From Cercozoa sp. M6MM (Eukaryota > Protista > Endomyxa: Ascetosporea), in NCBI GenBank assembly GCA_040357565.1, contig JBDODJ010000015.1: 64,000 nucleotides of DNA, one strand, 5' to 3'. Shown here one piece after another: positions 1 to 11,850 of this stretch; position 1 is the first letter of the stretch, and each line of letters begins with the position of its first letter. The notes beneath the pieces are model-generated. The model was not told the DNA's origin and did not search any database. It saw nothing but the letters and a program-made list of their open reading frames with translations. The position numbers were made by a program, and so were the translations under genes.

Positions 1-3000
1 GAGTGAAAGCGTTTACCTTCATGAGCGCATCCTTTGCTGCGTCGCGTTGTTCCTGAAGCACAAGATATGCTGATATCAGGTCGATCAAAAAACAAGCTAC
101 AGCAGTTTCCTGGAGTTGGGACTCAACGCTTTCGATCGTTTGTGTGTTGCTCTGCCCAAAGCAGAACATCAGTGAGTTAAATCCAGTTCAGTCCAGTTTC
201 AGTCCAGTTGAACACAGATTTACCGCGTTGAACGGTTGCTGAAGAGCTTTCTCTAACGCCTGAAACAATCAAACATCAGTTAGAAGCCAGAGAGAACGAG
301 AAGTAAAAAAGAAAGCACCCCAACTTGGCCTTGAATCTGAATCTTGCGCTCGTGCGTTCGACCGGCATTTTCGAACTGCTCGAAAAAAAAGAATGAACAC
401 AACCAGTCATTTCCAAAACAAGTTTGTTCGCATGTGGTACCTGCGCAATCTCGCGTTGCAGCGTCGAAGTTTCGCTCCGCAGAGCCGAAGTGCTGTTTAA
501 AGCAAAAGACAAGGTCAGACCTAAAAAAAAACTAAGCGAGTTCAAAAATTACGCTGCGTTGAGAGCGCGAATCTTCTGACGCGCCTGACTGACCTGTCAC
601 AGGAAAATACGAAACTAAAAATCCAAGAGAACACCAAAAACCAGAAAAATACAAGAAAATACCGAATCCTGAGCTGAGTTGAAATCCGCGTTAATTCGCG
701 AGAGTTTTTCTTCGGCCAACGCGGCGCGTTTCTTGGCTGATTTTTGTTTTCGACATATTTATAGTGGGACAAATACGAAAAAACAATGGGTACCCTCCTC
801 GAACTCAGCATCGGCCTGTTTGCGCAGCAGCGTCTGAGCGTGGATCTCGCTACATAACACGCAGTGATAGAATGAACAGACTTGTTTCGAAAGGCAGTAA
901 CAACAAAGGGCAGTACCGCTGTGTACGCAAACGAGCGCGATCGGCCGTGTAGCCACCTGTCCAGTTGTTCAGTCAATTTGTACGGTCCATTCGTACAGCA
1001 TCATCCCTTCAGTACCTCGAATCTCGTTGCGCCGCGAGACCTGATCGCCATCGAGCGTGACGCAGTCGAAACGGTGTCGTTCCGCGTACCTGTACCGTCC
1101 ACATGTACCGTCCACATGTACCAGGTTAGCACACTTTGGTCCAAATAGACCAAAGAAACGCGAGAGAAAAAGAGAGAAAGTACTCCTTGGCACTGGCAAG
1201 TGTTTCCGCCACGAGAGTGCGACCAAAGATCTAAACAACACAATGCTCTGTACGGTCCGTTTGGACCTGTGGACACGTTGTACCTGACGCATAGCCGGTT
1301 CCGTTAAGGGAGTAAACTGAATCTGGTCCACCAAAGCGGCCACATCGGCACTGCGCGGGTACTCCTCGACGCGCATACTGCACAGGGCAGAAGCCATAGA
1401 CTCCACATAGTACCCTTAAACACACTCTATCGTAAAAAAACCTCTTAAACAAAAAACTACCGCTGTCTCAGTCGATTAAGCGGCATGAACGTGATGCGAC
1501 CGCTGCTTTTTTGCGACTGTACAGTAGGGAATAAACTGAGGTGTAGGGGTAGTAGGGAGTAACTGAGGTGTAGGGGTAGTAGGGAATAAACTGAGGTGTT
1601 GCGGGTAGACACACCTGCTGCAGCAGTCGAATGCACTGCGCCGCCACGGAATCATCGGTGACCACCCACTGCATCAGTTGATTGTGTGCAACCGTCTGTC
1701 CAAGTCGCACAGAAGATCGATCAGTCAGGTCAGACAAATACGAAAACACAAAAAGCCACCTCAATCGCCAGTTCGAAGCGACTGTCGTATTTCAGCAGTT
1801 CGATCACCGAGCCCAGGACGCCTTGCTGCGTGTCCTCCTTGTACCACCTGTATAAGTACATTTGGATCGTATGCTATGACCGTATATATGGACTGCATAT
1901 TTGATTGTACATATGGACAAAAATGAAAGGTGTTAAACATACAGATCGTGCTGATCGCAGATTTTGCGCATCTCGCTCTGTGCCTCGGCCATGTCGCGCA
2001 CCCTAAATCAAATCTATTTATTGACCCGTCCATTTGGTCCACCATGGGTTCATAAACGGTCCTTTTGGACAAGGGAGACCGAAATTAAGACCGAAATTAA
2101 GGGGGATACATCATCCGACTGAGTGCATCGCGCGAGTGCTTTTCGGCGCGCAGTGCCGAGTCGCGTTTCTCGCGTGCTTCCTCCTGTTTCACACATCCCG
2201 TCCGTATGGACCCCCTCCATTTTGACTCGTCCATTTTGAGTTGTCCACTCTGACCCGTCCATCTGGACAAGCAGAAGAAACACGTGTACCTGGTTGCGCC
2301 AACAGAGCTGTTTCGCATCGAACACTTGGCCACGCTGCTTGCTGCAGGATAAAGGGATAAAGGAATAAAGGGATAAGGGGGGGGGGGGGGGGTAAACGGA
2401 CTTAAGTTTGTCCAGAGCGGCGTTATGCTGCGCGAGTGTTTGTTTGAGCTGTTCGGCCTCGTTCTCCTTGATTTCGCACTCTTCAGTCAACTGGTCAGGA
2501 AACAAACAAACGCGTTTGCAGCGCGGAAATAAAATTCTAACAGGTTCTCTACCTCTGCGAGACGACGTTTCAGTTTCTCACTGTTCTTTCGCGCCACTCT
2601 TTCGTCTACAGGCACAAAATCTCCAAGTTTTACAAGATAACAAAATAAACTGTACTTTCTTCCAGAGTGGAGAAACGCTCGCGCAGCTCAGTCTGCATAT
2701 TTTGTGTATGCATTTTGAAGCTAAAAGAAGGAAAAAGGATGTACGAGCTGCGCTGTTAACGCTTCGTCGCGTTCGGCTTGACTTTTAAATCCGAGAGCTT
2801 GCAGTTCCTGCATTCGAAAAAACTGAATTTCAGACCTTCAAGTTTTTGCGGGAAGTAAACTGACAGTTTCGAGAGCAGCAAACTGCGCCGACAGTTCATC
2901 GACTTCTTCGCGCTTTTCCGTCTGCCAGAAAACAATAAAATACTAAACCCTGGATTCAGAACAAAGAACAATGCACCTCACTCGCACGCAGTTTTTTCAG

Positions 3001-4763
3001 CTTTTCAACAGTTTCGCTGAAGCGTTTCTCCATCTGACAGATAGCGAGTACTCTTGAAAGTCTTGTAGCCCGGTGTTCCTTTTTTAAAGTACCTGTGCAA
3101 GCTGTAGACGCATCTCGGTGGACTTTTGGTTCGAGGTTTCTTGCTGTTTGAGTGCCTGCTGGAGCGCTTCCTCGGCATGCGCGTGTTCGGCGACACATTC
3201 CTCGCGCTGGTTGTACGGACATTTGGACAGAGACAGGGACATAAAGACACAAGGTACTAAAGCGATCAAGCGCGCATGCTCGCGCGTCTGCAGTCGCTCG
3301 AGTTCGGCATCAGCGTGCACAATTTTCCGCTCAGCTTCGGCACAGTCCTGACGTGCTTGTTCGAGTTTCTACAGGTGCGCATGTACGATACATTCGTGCA
3401 ACACAAAAAGACACAACGTACAGCAGCTAAAGCCGTGTCGATTTCCTCTTGCTCATTTTTCGAACGATCGCACTGGAAGCACAAAAAGCAATAAAACAGT
3501 GCGAACAATTTAGGCAGTTTGGAGAAACTGCACCTCAGCCAATTCGTGTTCGGCTACTGTGCGGTCCTTGTCATAAACAGAGAACTCGAGGACGCGACGT
3601 TTCTGGTCTGTCAGAAGTGAAAATACAAAAAAAAAAACGATGAACCAATGAATGGTGTGATTGGTAGAGACTGAAACGGTACCCAACTCTTGGAACTGAC
3701 GCAGTAGTTGTTGTTCAGTCTGCAGTTCTTCTAGTCGCGTTTCAATGTACGCAATGACATCCGCAATCTCCGTCACTTTCGTTGCCTGTTCGGTTGTTCG
3801 CATTCACACATCAAAAGCTCGAAGGAACGAAGGCGAAAGAACAAGTTACGGCCTCCTGCAAGTTGCGCTTGGCTTCACGTCGCTGTTCTTCGTATTTTCG
3901 AGTACCGGCGATTTGTTTCAACATCTGCAAGCACACAGATATCGCTGCAGCAAAGCGAAAAAAGCAAATGAACAAACCTCAAGTCGTTCCTTGTCCGTCA
4001 TGGTGATAAGTGCGGCCACACGACCCTGCGAATAGTTGTATTTCGTATTGTTGGCTTTAGTAGAGTTTGATTGGCTTTAGTAGAGTTATATTTGGCGAAA
4101 CGCACCTGCGGAACAATGTTGTACGGCTTGCGACGCGAAAGTCCGGCCGTTTCCAGCAGCTGCAAAACCGGAGAAGTCAAAAGTGTGATGGAGCAGTGTG
4201 AAAGCAGCAAAAACCGAGTCGATGTTGCTTCGCGCGACATAAGCGCCATTGAGGAAGAATTCGTCCTTTTTTAGACCGATCGATCGGCGGATGGATACTT
4301 CATCCTGTCTCAAAAAAGCTCATAAAACGAGATAATAAATAAAGGGAAAAATCACCTGGTCAATCGGCAGGCGTCGATCGGTGTTGTCAAAGAAGAGTTC
4401 AACAGAAGCCGCCCTGCTCAAGCAAAATGCAAGAGTCAACAACTCGCAAATCCGTCAGCCAAAATATTAAAAAGCCCAAAAACTCACATGACAGGACGGC
4501 CACTGCCGTCGTGGAGAATGCGCGCACGCATCTCACGTCCCTGGCCCTGGAACTCATCACTCAGCACGAACTGAATCGCTTTAAACACGTTCGATTTGCC
4601 TGCGCCGTTCTTGCCGACAATCACGTTGTGCCGCGGGTCGAACTCCACCACTGCGTTTCGTGCATCAAGCAAACTGCATCCCTGACAAAGAAAAGGCCTC
4701 CCTGGTACCGGTTCGGGTCTTGTAGGACCGAAAGCCTTCGATCACGACCTTCTTTATGTGCAT
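1..4763 (-). CDS. SMC3: Cohesin subunit SMC3, multi-exon; 3' part lies beyond the left edge of the window
   Basis: Spliced N-terminus MHIKKVVIEGFRSYK..HNVIVGKNGAGKSN (Walker A)..RRSIGLKKDEFFLNG..LLETAGLSRRKPYNIVPQ, then coiled-coil exons and a hinge motif (RFDCVTLDGDQVSRRNEIRG at ~1010-1080). GT-AG introns are in phase where traced. Confidence 0.93.
1522..1598. repeat. ~28-bp tandem repeat (GTAGGGAATAAACTGAGGTGTAGGGGTA, ~2.7 copies) in an SMC3 intron
   Basis: Direct inspection. Confidence 0.8.
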
Positions 4764-5136
4764 CGCTCTGTTGTGAACAGAGAAACGAGTGGTATAGGCG
4801 CAACTCGTCACCACAGAAAAAACTGTACCAGATTATCGGCGCTGGCGCCAAAAACACCACTGGCACAACAAGTACTATGCGAGTTTCTAGCTGTGCTCTG
4901 CCACACAAAGGTACCAGGTACACTGGCCTGCCACCTTGCTCTATGCTGAGACTTCACTCTGTCGCTGCTGACTCAAATGATCCCGAGATTTATTGTTTTT
5001 CTCCAATCGACGCTCTGTGCGAGTGTGCCAGTGAGTGCTTGTGTGCTAACGGTGTTTTGTGGTTATAGTGAAGCTTGGAGGTCAAAATAACGTTGGTGGC
5101 GGCCACAAAAAATACAGTGACAGAAAACGCAAAAAC

Positions 5137-5679
5137 ATGAGCACAGCCTTGCCGTATGACAGTCGAATCTTTCCACTAGCGCCGCCGGAGATGAGTCTGC
5201 GGCTGTACGACTTGGTGAATCACGCGCTGCATCACGGACAGCTGAAGAAAGGCGTCAATGAGTGTGTGTTTTGTTTTTGTGTGGTTGGTGGGGGGNNNNN
5301 NNNNNNNNNNNNNNNNNNNNNNNNNNNNNNNNNNNNNNNNNNNNNNNNNNNNNNNNNNNNNNNNNNNNNNNNNNNNNNNNNNNNNNNNNNNNNNNTGACT
5401 ATAGTTTCTTGAGCAGCACTCAAGGCGGTGCAGCGCGACAGGGCGGACCTCGTGCTGATCGCTGCCGACGCAGACCCGATCTCGGTGGTACTTGAGGTGC
5501 CAACGGAGAGTGAAGCCAAGGTCGTCACCTACGTGTTCGTGCCGTCGAAGGACATGCTTGGCCGTGCATGCGGCTTGTCAAGTCCCGTCGTGTGCTGCAC
5601 CATTCTCGCCGACCAGAAGTGGCCACTTCGCGGCACCGTTGCCAACTTTAAGACCGAGGTCGAGAAGCTTCTCATTTAA
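5137..5679 (+). CDS. SNU13: Snu13/NHP2L1 (15.5K) L7Ae-family K-turn-binding protein, divergent; one intron spans an assembly gap
   Basis: Spliced protein contains FPLA..LKKGVNESLK..IAADADP..YVFVPSK..LGRACG..PVV and ends EVEKLLI, matching the Snu13 pattern. Confidence 0.8.
5296..5395. other. Assembly gap (100 N) inside an intron
   Basis: N run. Confidence 0.99.
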
Positions 5680-5932
5680 TTACCGATTGCTGGTTCTATT
5701 TAAACAACAAAAAAAAACTTAAGCGTCGGATGCCCGCTACCTGCACCGACCATGAAGTCGACTTCGGTGTCTGGGGAACGTCAAAAGGGGAGTTGTATGG
5801 TCCTACCCTAAGCAGGCGGTAGACACAGCCATTTCTCGCGACCCGCCCCCGACTGGTGCAGGGGAACTACCGTACATAGTTGGTTTCCTAGAAGACTCAA
5901 CTAACTAAACGTCGGATGCCTGGTCGTTTGGG

Positions 5933-6462
5933 TCACGCGACCGAGAGCGCAAATGCGGTAGTCATGACGTTCATGGTGTCGTTTTCCCAACTAACGGAGC
6001 AGGACCCGTCGCGCGAGCCATCCCAGTAGCAAGTCGACGCGCTGTGGAGGCCAGCTCCATTTTTCTGCATCAGCACGCACGTGACGACGTACTTGTACGG
6101 CTTGTTTAACAGCTGCAATCCGCGCAGCGCTCCCTCAATGATCGACGTGGTCCATTCGTCGACATTTCTCTCCGTGTACATCTCATGGCCCACAACCTAC
6201 CAAAACCAATATTGTTTGTGACAAGGGAAGGATTTCAGGTTTATGCTCTTCTTTCTTTTTTCGGAGTAAACTGCATTTTGTCGCATACAGTACAGTACCT
6301 GTTCGATGGCCTTGGTTATGCAACGCTTGACCTCGTCATAGTCGAACTCTTGCTACACACGAGCTGGACATGAGTTTTTCTCAAGCAGATTCTTTCGGTG
6401 GAGCGACGAGCAGTTTGCTCACAGCGACGAAAAATACTCACCTCTTCGTCCAACGTGTTCAT
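5933..6462 (-). CDS. DYNLT1: Dynein light chain, Tctex-1 type (3 exons)
   Basis: MNTLDEE|QEFDYDEVKRCITKAIEQ|VVGHEMY...KPYKYVVTCVLMQKNGAGLHSASTCYWDGSRDG..WEN; KPYKY and QKNGAGLH are Tctex-1 signatures. Confidence 0.92.
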
Positions 6463-6926
6463 CTGAATGGTACTAAGTGCACGTTCCTCCTTTGACAAAG
6501 CTCTATTGCCCGGATTTTGCTGATTATGGTTCTGTATTTGTAGTTTCCTGTTTCCGCGCGGAAAAAGGGATGTTCATGGTCTCCAGTTCTCAGGCCGAAG
6601 CACGGGGTGCTAGGATACAAGCACAAGCAGATCGATGCGCAGGAAGTGGTCGTTTGTGATCTGTGATTGGTCAGATCAAATCACAGCCCATCCTCGCAAA
6701 AATAAAACGCCCGTGACTTTTTTTCTGCGAGTGGGCGTTGATCGCCAGACAAGCTTGTTAGCAACGAAACAGTGAAAAGGACACCGAGAGAACCGCATCG
6801 GGAGCAGGTGTGCATTTTGGGTACGCGCATGTTTTTTTGACAAGTTTCTTTTGGACCCAGTGTCTCCAGAGGACGAACTTGCTTGCTTGATTGTCCGGTT
6901 GCTGTCTCTTGCAGGGCCAAGCCAAA

Positions 6927-9005
6927 ATGCAGCGTCCGGTTGCTCTCTTAGCACTGCCTGCACTGGCAGCAGTGGTAACAGTGTCTTGTGGAAGTTGTTG
7001 TTTCAAATCAACCGTGGCGTTTGACGTGGAACAGGCGTCAGTGTCGTCAACGTCTGTTGTTGAGTTTTTCGACAAGCGAGGAAATCTCGTAAACACGTTT
7101 GATGCATGTGGCGCTTCCAAGGTAGTTTTACAATACGTTTATCGCGATTGTTTGACCTCGTTGACGGTTGGGCCTTCTCAGAACACGTGCGTGAACTTTG
7201 ATGCCACCGCGAAGGCATACAGGGTCAATATCCCGGCCGGTGTGCAGCTGGAAATCACAATTCCGCGAACACTGACCTGGTGCACTAAACTGTTGATCTT
7301 TCTTACCGTCTCCTTATGTGTTTCTGGTGTCTAGGCCTGTGAAGAACTGCCGTTTCGGTGTAAACACGCGGAACTATGGCGATTTGGAACACGATGTTGA
7401 AGTTTCGCTGTCGCGCCGACAGCGCGGACAATACTTTTTCCTGCACGTGACTGATAGGAGTGAAAGCCTTTGCGAAAACCACGATGTGCAGAAGCAGGTG
7501 ATTTTGCGCCCTGTGCCTCTTCGCAGCCATGTACGTTCTGTCCCTTCCTTTCTGTCCTTTCTGTTTGCAAGACCAGTTTTTCTGCAGGGCGCCGATGTTC
7601 CCGAAATCAAAACCAACGCGTGTTGCTTTGTGCCAGACGAGTGCATGTCGAAAAACGACTTGCGTGTGGCAAGCGGCAGCAAGCCTCTGGCTACCACTGT
7701 CGGTGCTTGCACCTTCGGCAGTGTGAATGGTAAATTCGATACTTTAACTTCTTGCTTCTGTGTTTGTACGACAGGTTTGTGTAGTTCCGGAAGGTGTGAC
7801 GGCGAGTTTCCACCGCTTGTCGACATTCACGCGATGGACAATGCGAAGCTGCGGCCGGCGATCTCCGAGCTTCCAAATTGAAGGGCCTACTGAGGTATGG
7901 TTTTTTGAGAAACGTTGCTTTGAAACTGTACCGTTTTTTTTTAAACGCAGGGCGCAGTCGACATTTGGAAGGACGCGGGCAGTGTCTGCGCGGTGAAATT
8001 CTCGTTCGATTCGCGAGCTGTCTGCGGCTCTGGTATGCTTGCGTTTCACTGGCTTGTGTTTGTTGTTTTGATGCTTGTATTGTAGGTCTCACTCCTCGTC
8101 GTATCGAGTTGAGCGACAAGCCCACGAAGGTTCGCGAAACCTTTGATGTGCCGATCATTCAAAAGCTTTCACTCAAGTTGGACTGGTCACGGACCTCGGT
8201 CTTCCTGAAGCATGTGTACGTTCTCTCGTTGTCCCCTACCGTGCCTTTTCGATGTTTATGTAGTGATTGTGCACACGACTTGGGCTACGATTGGAAGCCA
8301 CTTCCAGACACAGAAGGCGTCGCCAATGCTTTGGATGACACTGAGGATGCTTCTTTGCGACCTGTCGATCCAGAGGCTGTTCTTGAGTTGTTGAAGCCTC
8401 ACATTGTTGGTGCGTTGCTTTAGATGCGTGTTTTTGGCACCATTAAACATCTACAAATGCATGCAGAGTCGATCCCCACTGGCGTCACGATTCATCTTGG
8501 CGTTGATCTCAAGCTCACTGACTTTGCACTTCGGTAGTCATCAACACTCTCAACTTTGGCTGTGAAGATGTTTTTTTCGTTGTTTGCAGCTTGAGCCGGA
8601 TGTTCGTGAACCTTCCTTCGTGCCGTGTCAACAGCGAAGCCATGACTGTCTCAGCGATGGCGGTATTACTTTTGTTTCTTTAACTTTGGAGGTGTCAGAT
8701 AGAGTATTTACATATGCAGCGCATCAAGTACCGCGTCGTGCCACGCTTGCGTCAGCGTAACCCTTTTTTCGTTTGTCGTGTTGAGTCCCAATATGTATCG
8801 GTGTTTTGCAGAACTGTGCCAGGTGCAGCTCATTGACGTCGACGATTTGGTCGACCCAGGCAGATGCCCTATCAACCGCCGCGTGCTTCGGCCGCTCTTG
8901 CTGCACATTGCCAACGAACAGATCGTGAAAAACGACGTTTGCGGCCGCATTGACGAGATCATTCGCGACAAATCGCCGTTCGGACAGGCGTTGGCTTTCG
9001 AGTAA
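6927..9005 (+). CDS. Secreted Cys-containing hypothetical protein, multi-exon
   Basis: N-terminal signal-like segment MQRPVALLALPALAAVV; in-phase GT-AG exons where traced; no confidently recognised domain. Confidence 0.6.
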
Positions 9006-9261
9006 GACACTGACGAATTGAGTCGAACCTGTGAAATATTGGCGAACTTGTAGCTAGTAGCACTAAACACATTTTATACGCCTTGACGGGGGCGGTAGGC
9101 CTCTTTGGGCTCAAAAAACGCCTTGTGGCTCAAGAAACTGGCAAGGGAGTGTGCCTTGCCAACACAGGCCGTTAGCGACGTGCTTAGGGCCAGAACAGGG
9201 CTGTGCGCGATTCAGGCAAGTTTACCTGCGGCGCAATGAGGTATTCTTAGCTGCAGGCAAG

Positions 9262-11361
9262 ATGAAGTTAGCTCGTGTGCCAATCAAAAGCAAAAAAATC
9301 TCGGTTGTCTTTCGTGTCCAAATGCAGTGTCGCGTCAAGCTCTGGCACCGAGGTGTCAGAGACTTCGGTATACGCCGTCGTCTACGAACTGGCAGAAAAG
9401 AAGGTAGTATACTTGTACTGCATTTGGTTGTGTGGTTCGATCTCGATCGTTGTGTGTGCGTTTTTCCAGTCCTGGCGTGTGTCGCATGAGGGCGGTTGGA
9501 GCGAGCTGCACCTATACCGTGACGTGCGTGACGGCACATATCGCATTGTGGGCTGGCTCGTGTCGGAAGAGAAGCCGATCCTGATCAATGTCAACATCAC
9601 CGAGCTGTGCAAGCTGAAGATCAAGACGCCCGATTTCCACAAGCTCACGGACGAGACCGGCAAGGTTTGGGGTTTCGGGTACCACAACGGCACCAACTCG
9701 CTCGAGCAGGCACATGCTTTCGGCGAGCAGGTGTTGCAAGTCATCACGCGCTGCAAGGAGGTGCCTTTGCTCTGTCTAATTATATATATATATATATATA
9801 TGTATATAAATATATATATATATGTATATAAATATATATATATATATATATGTATATAAATATATATATATATATTATATCGAGGTGTCCAGGAGCAACG
9901 AAAGCTTTCGGCGCCGCCACCGGTGCTTCCTCCGCCGCCGCCAACACAGACCAAGAACACAGGTAGTTTATTCTCGTGTCGTTTGCAGGCATGTTTTGTT
10001 AATGTGTGTTGGGACTCGGGGGTTGGACAGCGACGTCGCCGCGGTCGCGCTGGGTGCCCCGACCGCCGTCGGTGCGTCGCAACTCGTGTGCTCAACCGCA
10101 GTTCCACAAGCGCGAAAGCGACGGTTTCGGTGACGACATCTTCGCGGCGGCACCGATGGGCAAACTGGACATTCTGCCTGTCAAGCCGTTGCGTGGTCCC
10201 GGTACTTTCCACATCCAACCTCTCATCCAACCTGAGAGCTACCGGTATGATACCTTATTGTCTAGGCTCGGACGAGCAGATCACGGACCCGCTAAGTGCA
10301 ATGCATGTGGAGCACGCAACTTACGACCCGCACACACGCACCTACACGGGCATTCCGCACGACTGGAAGAAACAACTTGAGGTGCAGTTCGGCTTGCCGC
10401 CACGCATGCTTGAATTGCGCCGTGTCAGAGGTGCGTTTCTTCCTTGTCTTTGATTGTGTGGGGTGAATGCATTCCGTCGCATGCTTTTGTAGGATACAAG
10501 GACCGCATTCCGTCGGTGCTGGTGCAGATGAGACATGCTCTGTGTGCTCAAGGCGGTCTCGAGAGCGAAGGCATCTTCCGCCTCGCTCCGGATGCTGAGC
10601 AGTGCGAGTGCGTGAAGCGGCAACTGAACGATGGCACCTTCCGCGGCTGCAACGACGTTAACATTGTTGCCAAGTGTGTTTCCTTCCTTTCTTGGGCAGC
10701 TTAATCAAGGTGTTTATTCTTATCAATCTGATCTCTCTTGGGCAGCTTAATCAAGGTGTGGTTCCGTGACCTTCCCGAACCGATCCTGTCGCCGCTGCCT
10801 GCTGTACTTGCTTTCTGCGTTGCTTTCGGTTGAGTTTACGCTCACGAACTGACCTGTGCACAGGAAGATATCGAGAAGGGCGGTTCCCCTGCTGCTGTGC
10901 GTTATCTTTTTTTTTCGCAGACTTCTGGTGTTGCTTCTTTATGTCGGAACTGTTCTCTAGGCTGGCGAGTTGGTGCAGAGGCTGCCAGAGCCCAACAACA
11001 GCATCGGTATGGCCTTCTTTCGTCCCCATGTACTGACTAACGTGGTCGGAGTGCTTCTGTGCAGTCCTGTGGCTGTTGGACCTGTGCTGCGAGGTCACTG
11101 AGCACCAGTCCATGAATCGCATGACTCCGAAAAACATTGCCATTGTCATTACACCGGTAACTCTCATATCATCACACACTTCTGCCTGTGTTTCTGCAGG
11201 AGGTCCTCTCACAAAATGCTGTACAACAGAACTTGATCACGTCAAACTTTACGGACCCAATCAAGAACCTCACGTTCTCGCAAAAGGCCGCCGACTTTGT
11301 CGAGAACGCCATCTTGTGGCGCATGCAAAACGATCCGATCACGCCGCAAGTCTGCCTCTAA
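9262..11361 (+). CDS. EVH1/WH1 + Pro-rich + CRIB/PBD + RhoGAP protein
   Basis: EVH1-like VYEL..SW..GTYRIVGW..FHKL..VWGFGY; PPPPP; CRIB-like ITDPLSAMHVEHATYD..YTGIPHDW; RhoGAP GGLESEGIFRLAP..NLIKVWFRDLP..NRMTPKNIAIV. The start (5-nt first exon ATGAA) is tentative. Confidence 0.85.
9781..9880. repeat. (TA)n microsatellite in intron
   Basis: Direct inspection. Confidence 0.95.
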
Positions 11362-11452
11362 ACGGCCGAGCTCATTTTACCCTTAAAGCGCTCGTTTTCA
11401 CTTGCCATCGTCCGCTTACCGTAAGTCAGCAAGACTGTTAGGCTGCTATGGG

Positions 11453-11486
<34 letters not shown>

Positions 11487-11850
11487 CGAATCAAACCGAG
11501 CCGAAACACAAAATCACGGGTGCCTCCCAGGAACGCCTGAACTTCGCTAGCGAGCACTCAGGAGTCGCTTAGGCGAACCAAGGGCCGCGCTGAGCGAGTC
11601 ACCTAGAGCCTGGATACTACTATTATCCATTTTTCGAGGTTCGCTTTTTCCGTAACACGAGAGTGGTTCGGTGTCTGGTGGGTACCAGATGTGCAATGTG
11701 ACCGAAATTAAAGCGTTCCAGTGCAATATTTGCTGTTTAATGTTTGGTTTTGCTGGGTCATATTTTCGGGCCCTTTTATTCTCGGTCGAATTCGTGAGAG
11801 TTTTTCTGCGTGCAGGCAGACGCTGTTGACGAAAGAGAGCAAGAAAGAAC

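Noticed and set aside
4427-5068. 213-aa plus-strand ORF
   Set aside because: Overlaps the clearly conserved SMC3 first exons on the opposite strand and has no recognisable features
8085-9005. BPI/TULIP-like fold in the C-terminus of the secreted protein
   Set aside because: Only a weak IVKNDVCGRI resemblance; not supportable without a profile search
9382-10230. 282-aa minus-strand ORF containing IYIYIY runs
   Set aside because: Antisense shadow of the EVH1-RhoGAP exons reading through a (TA)n intron
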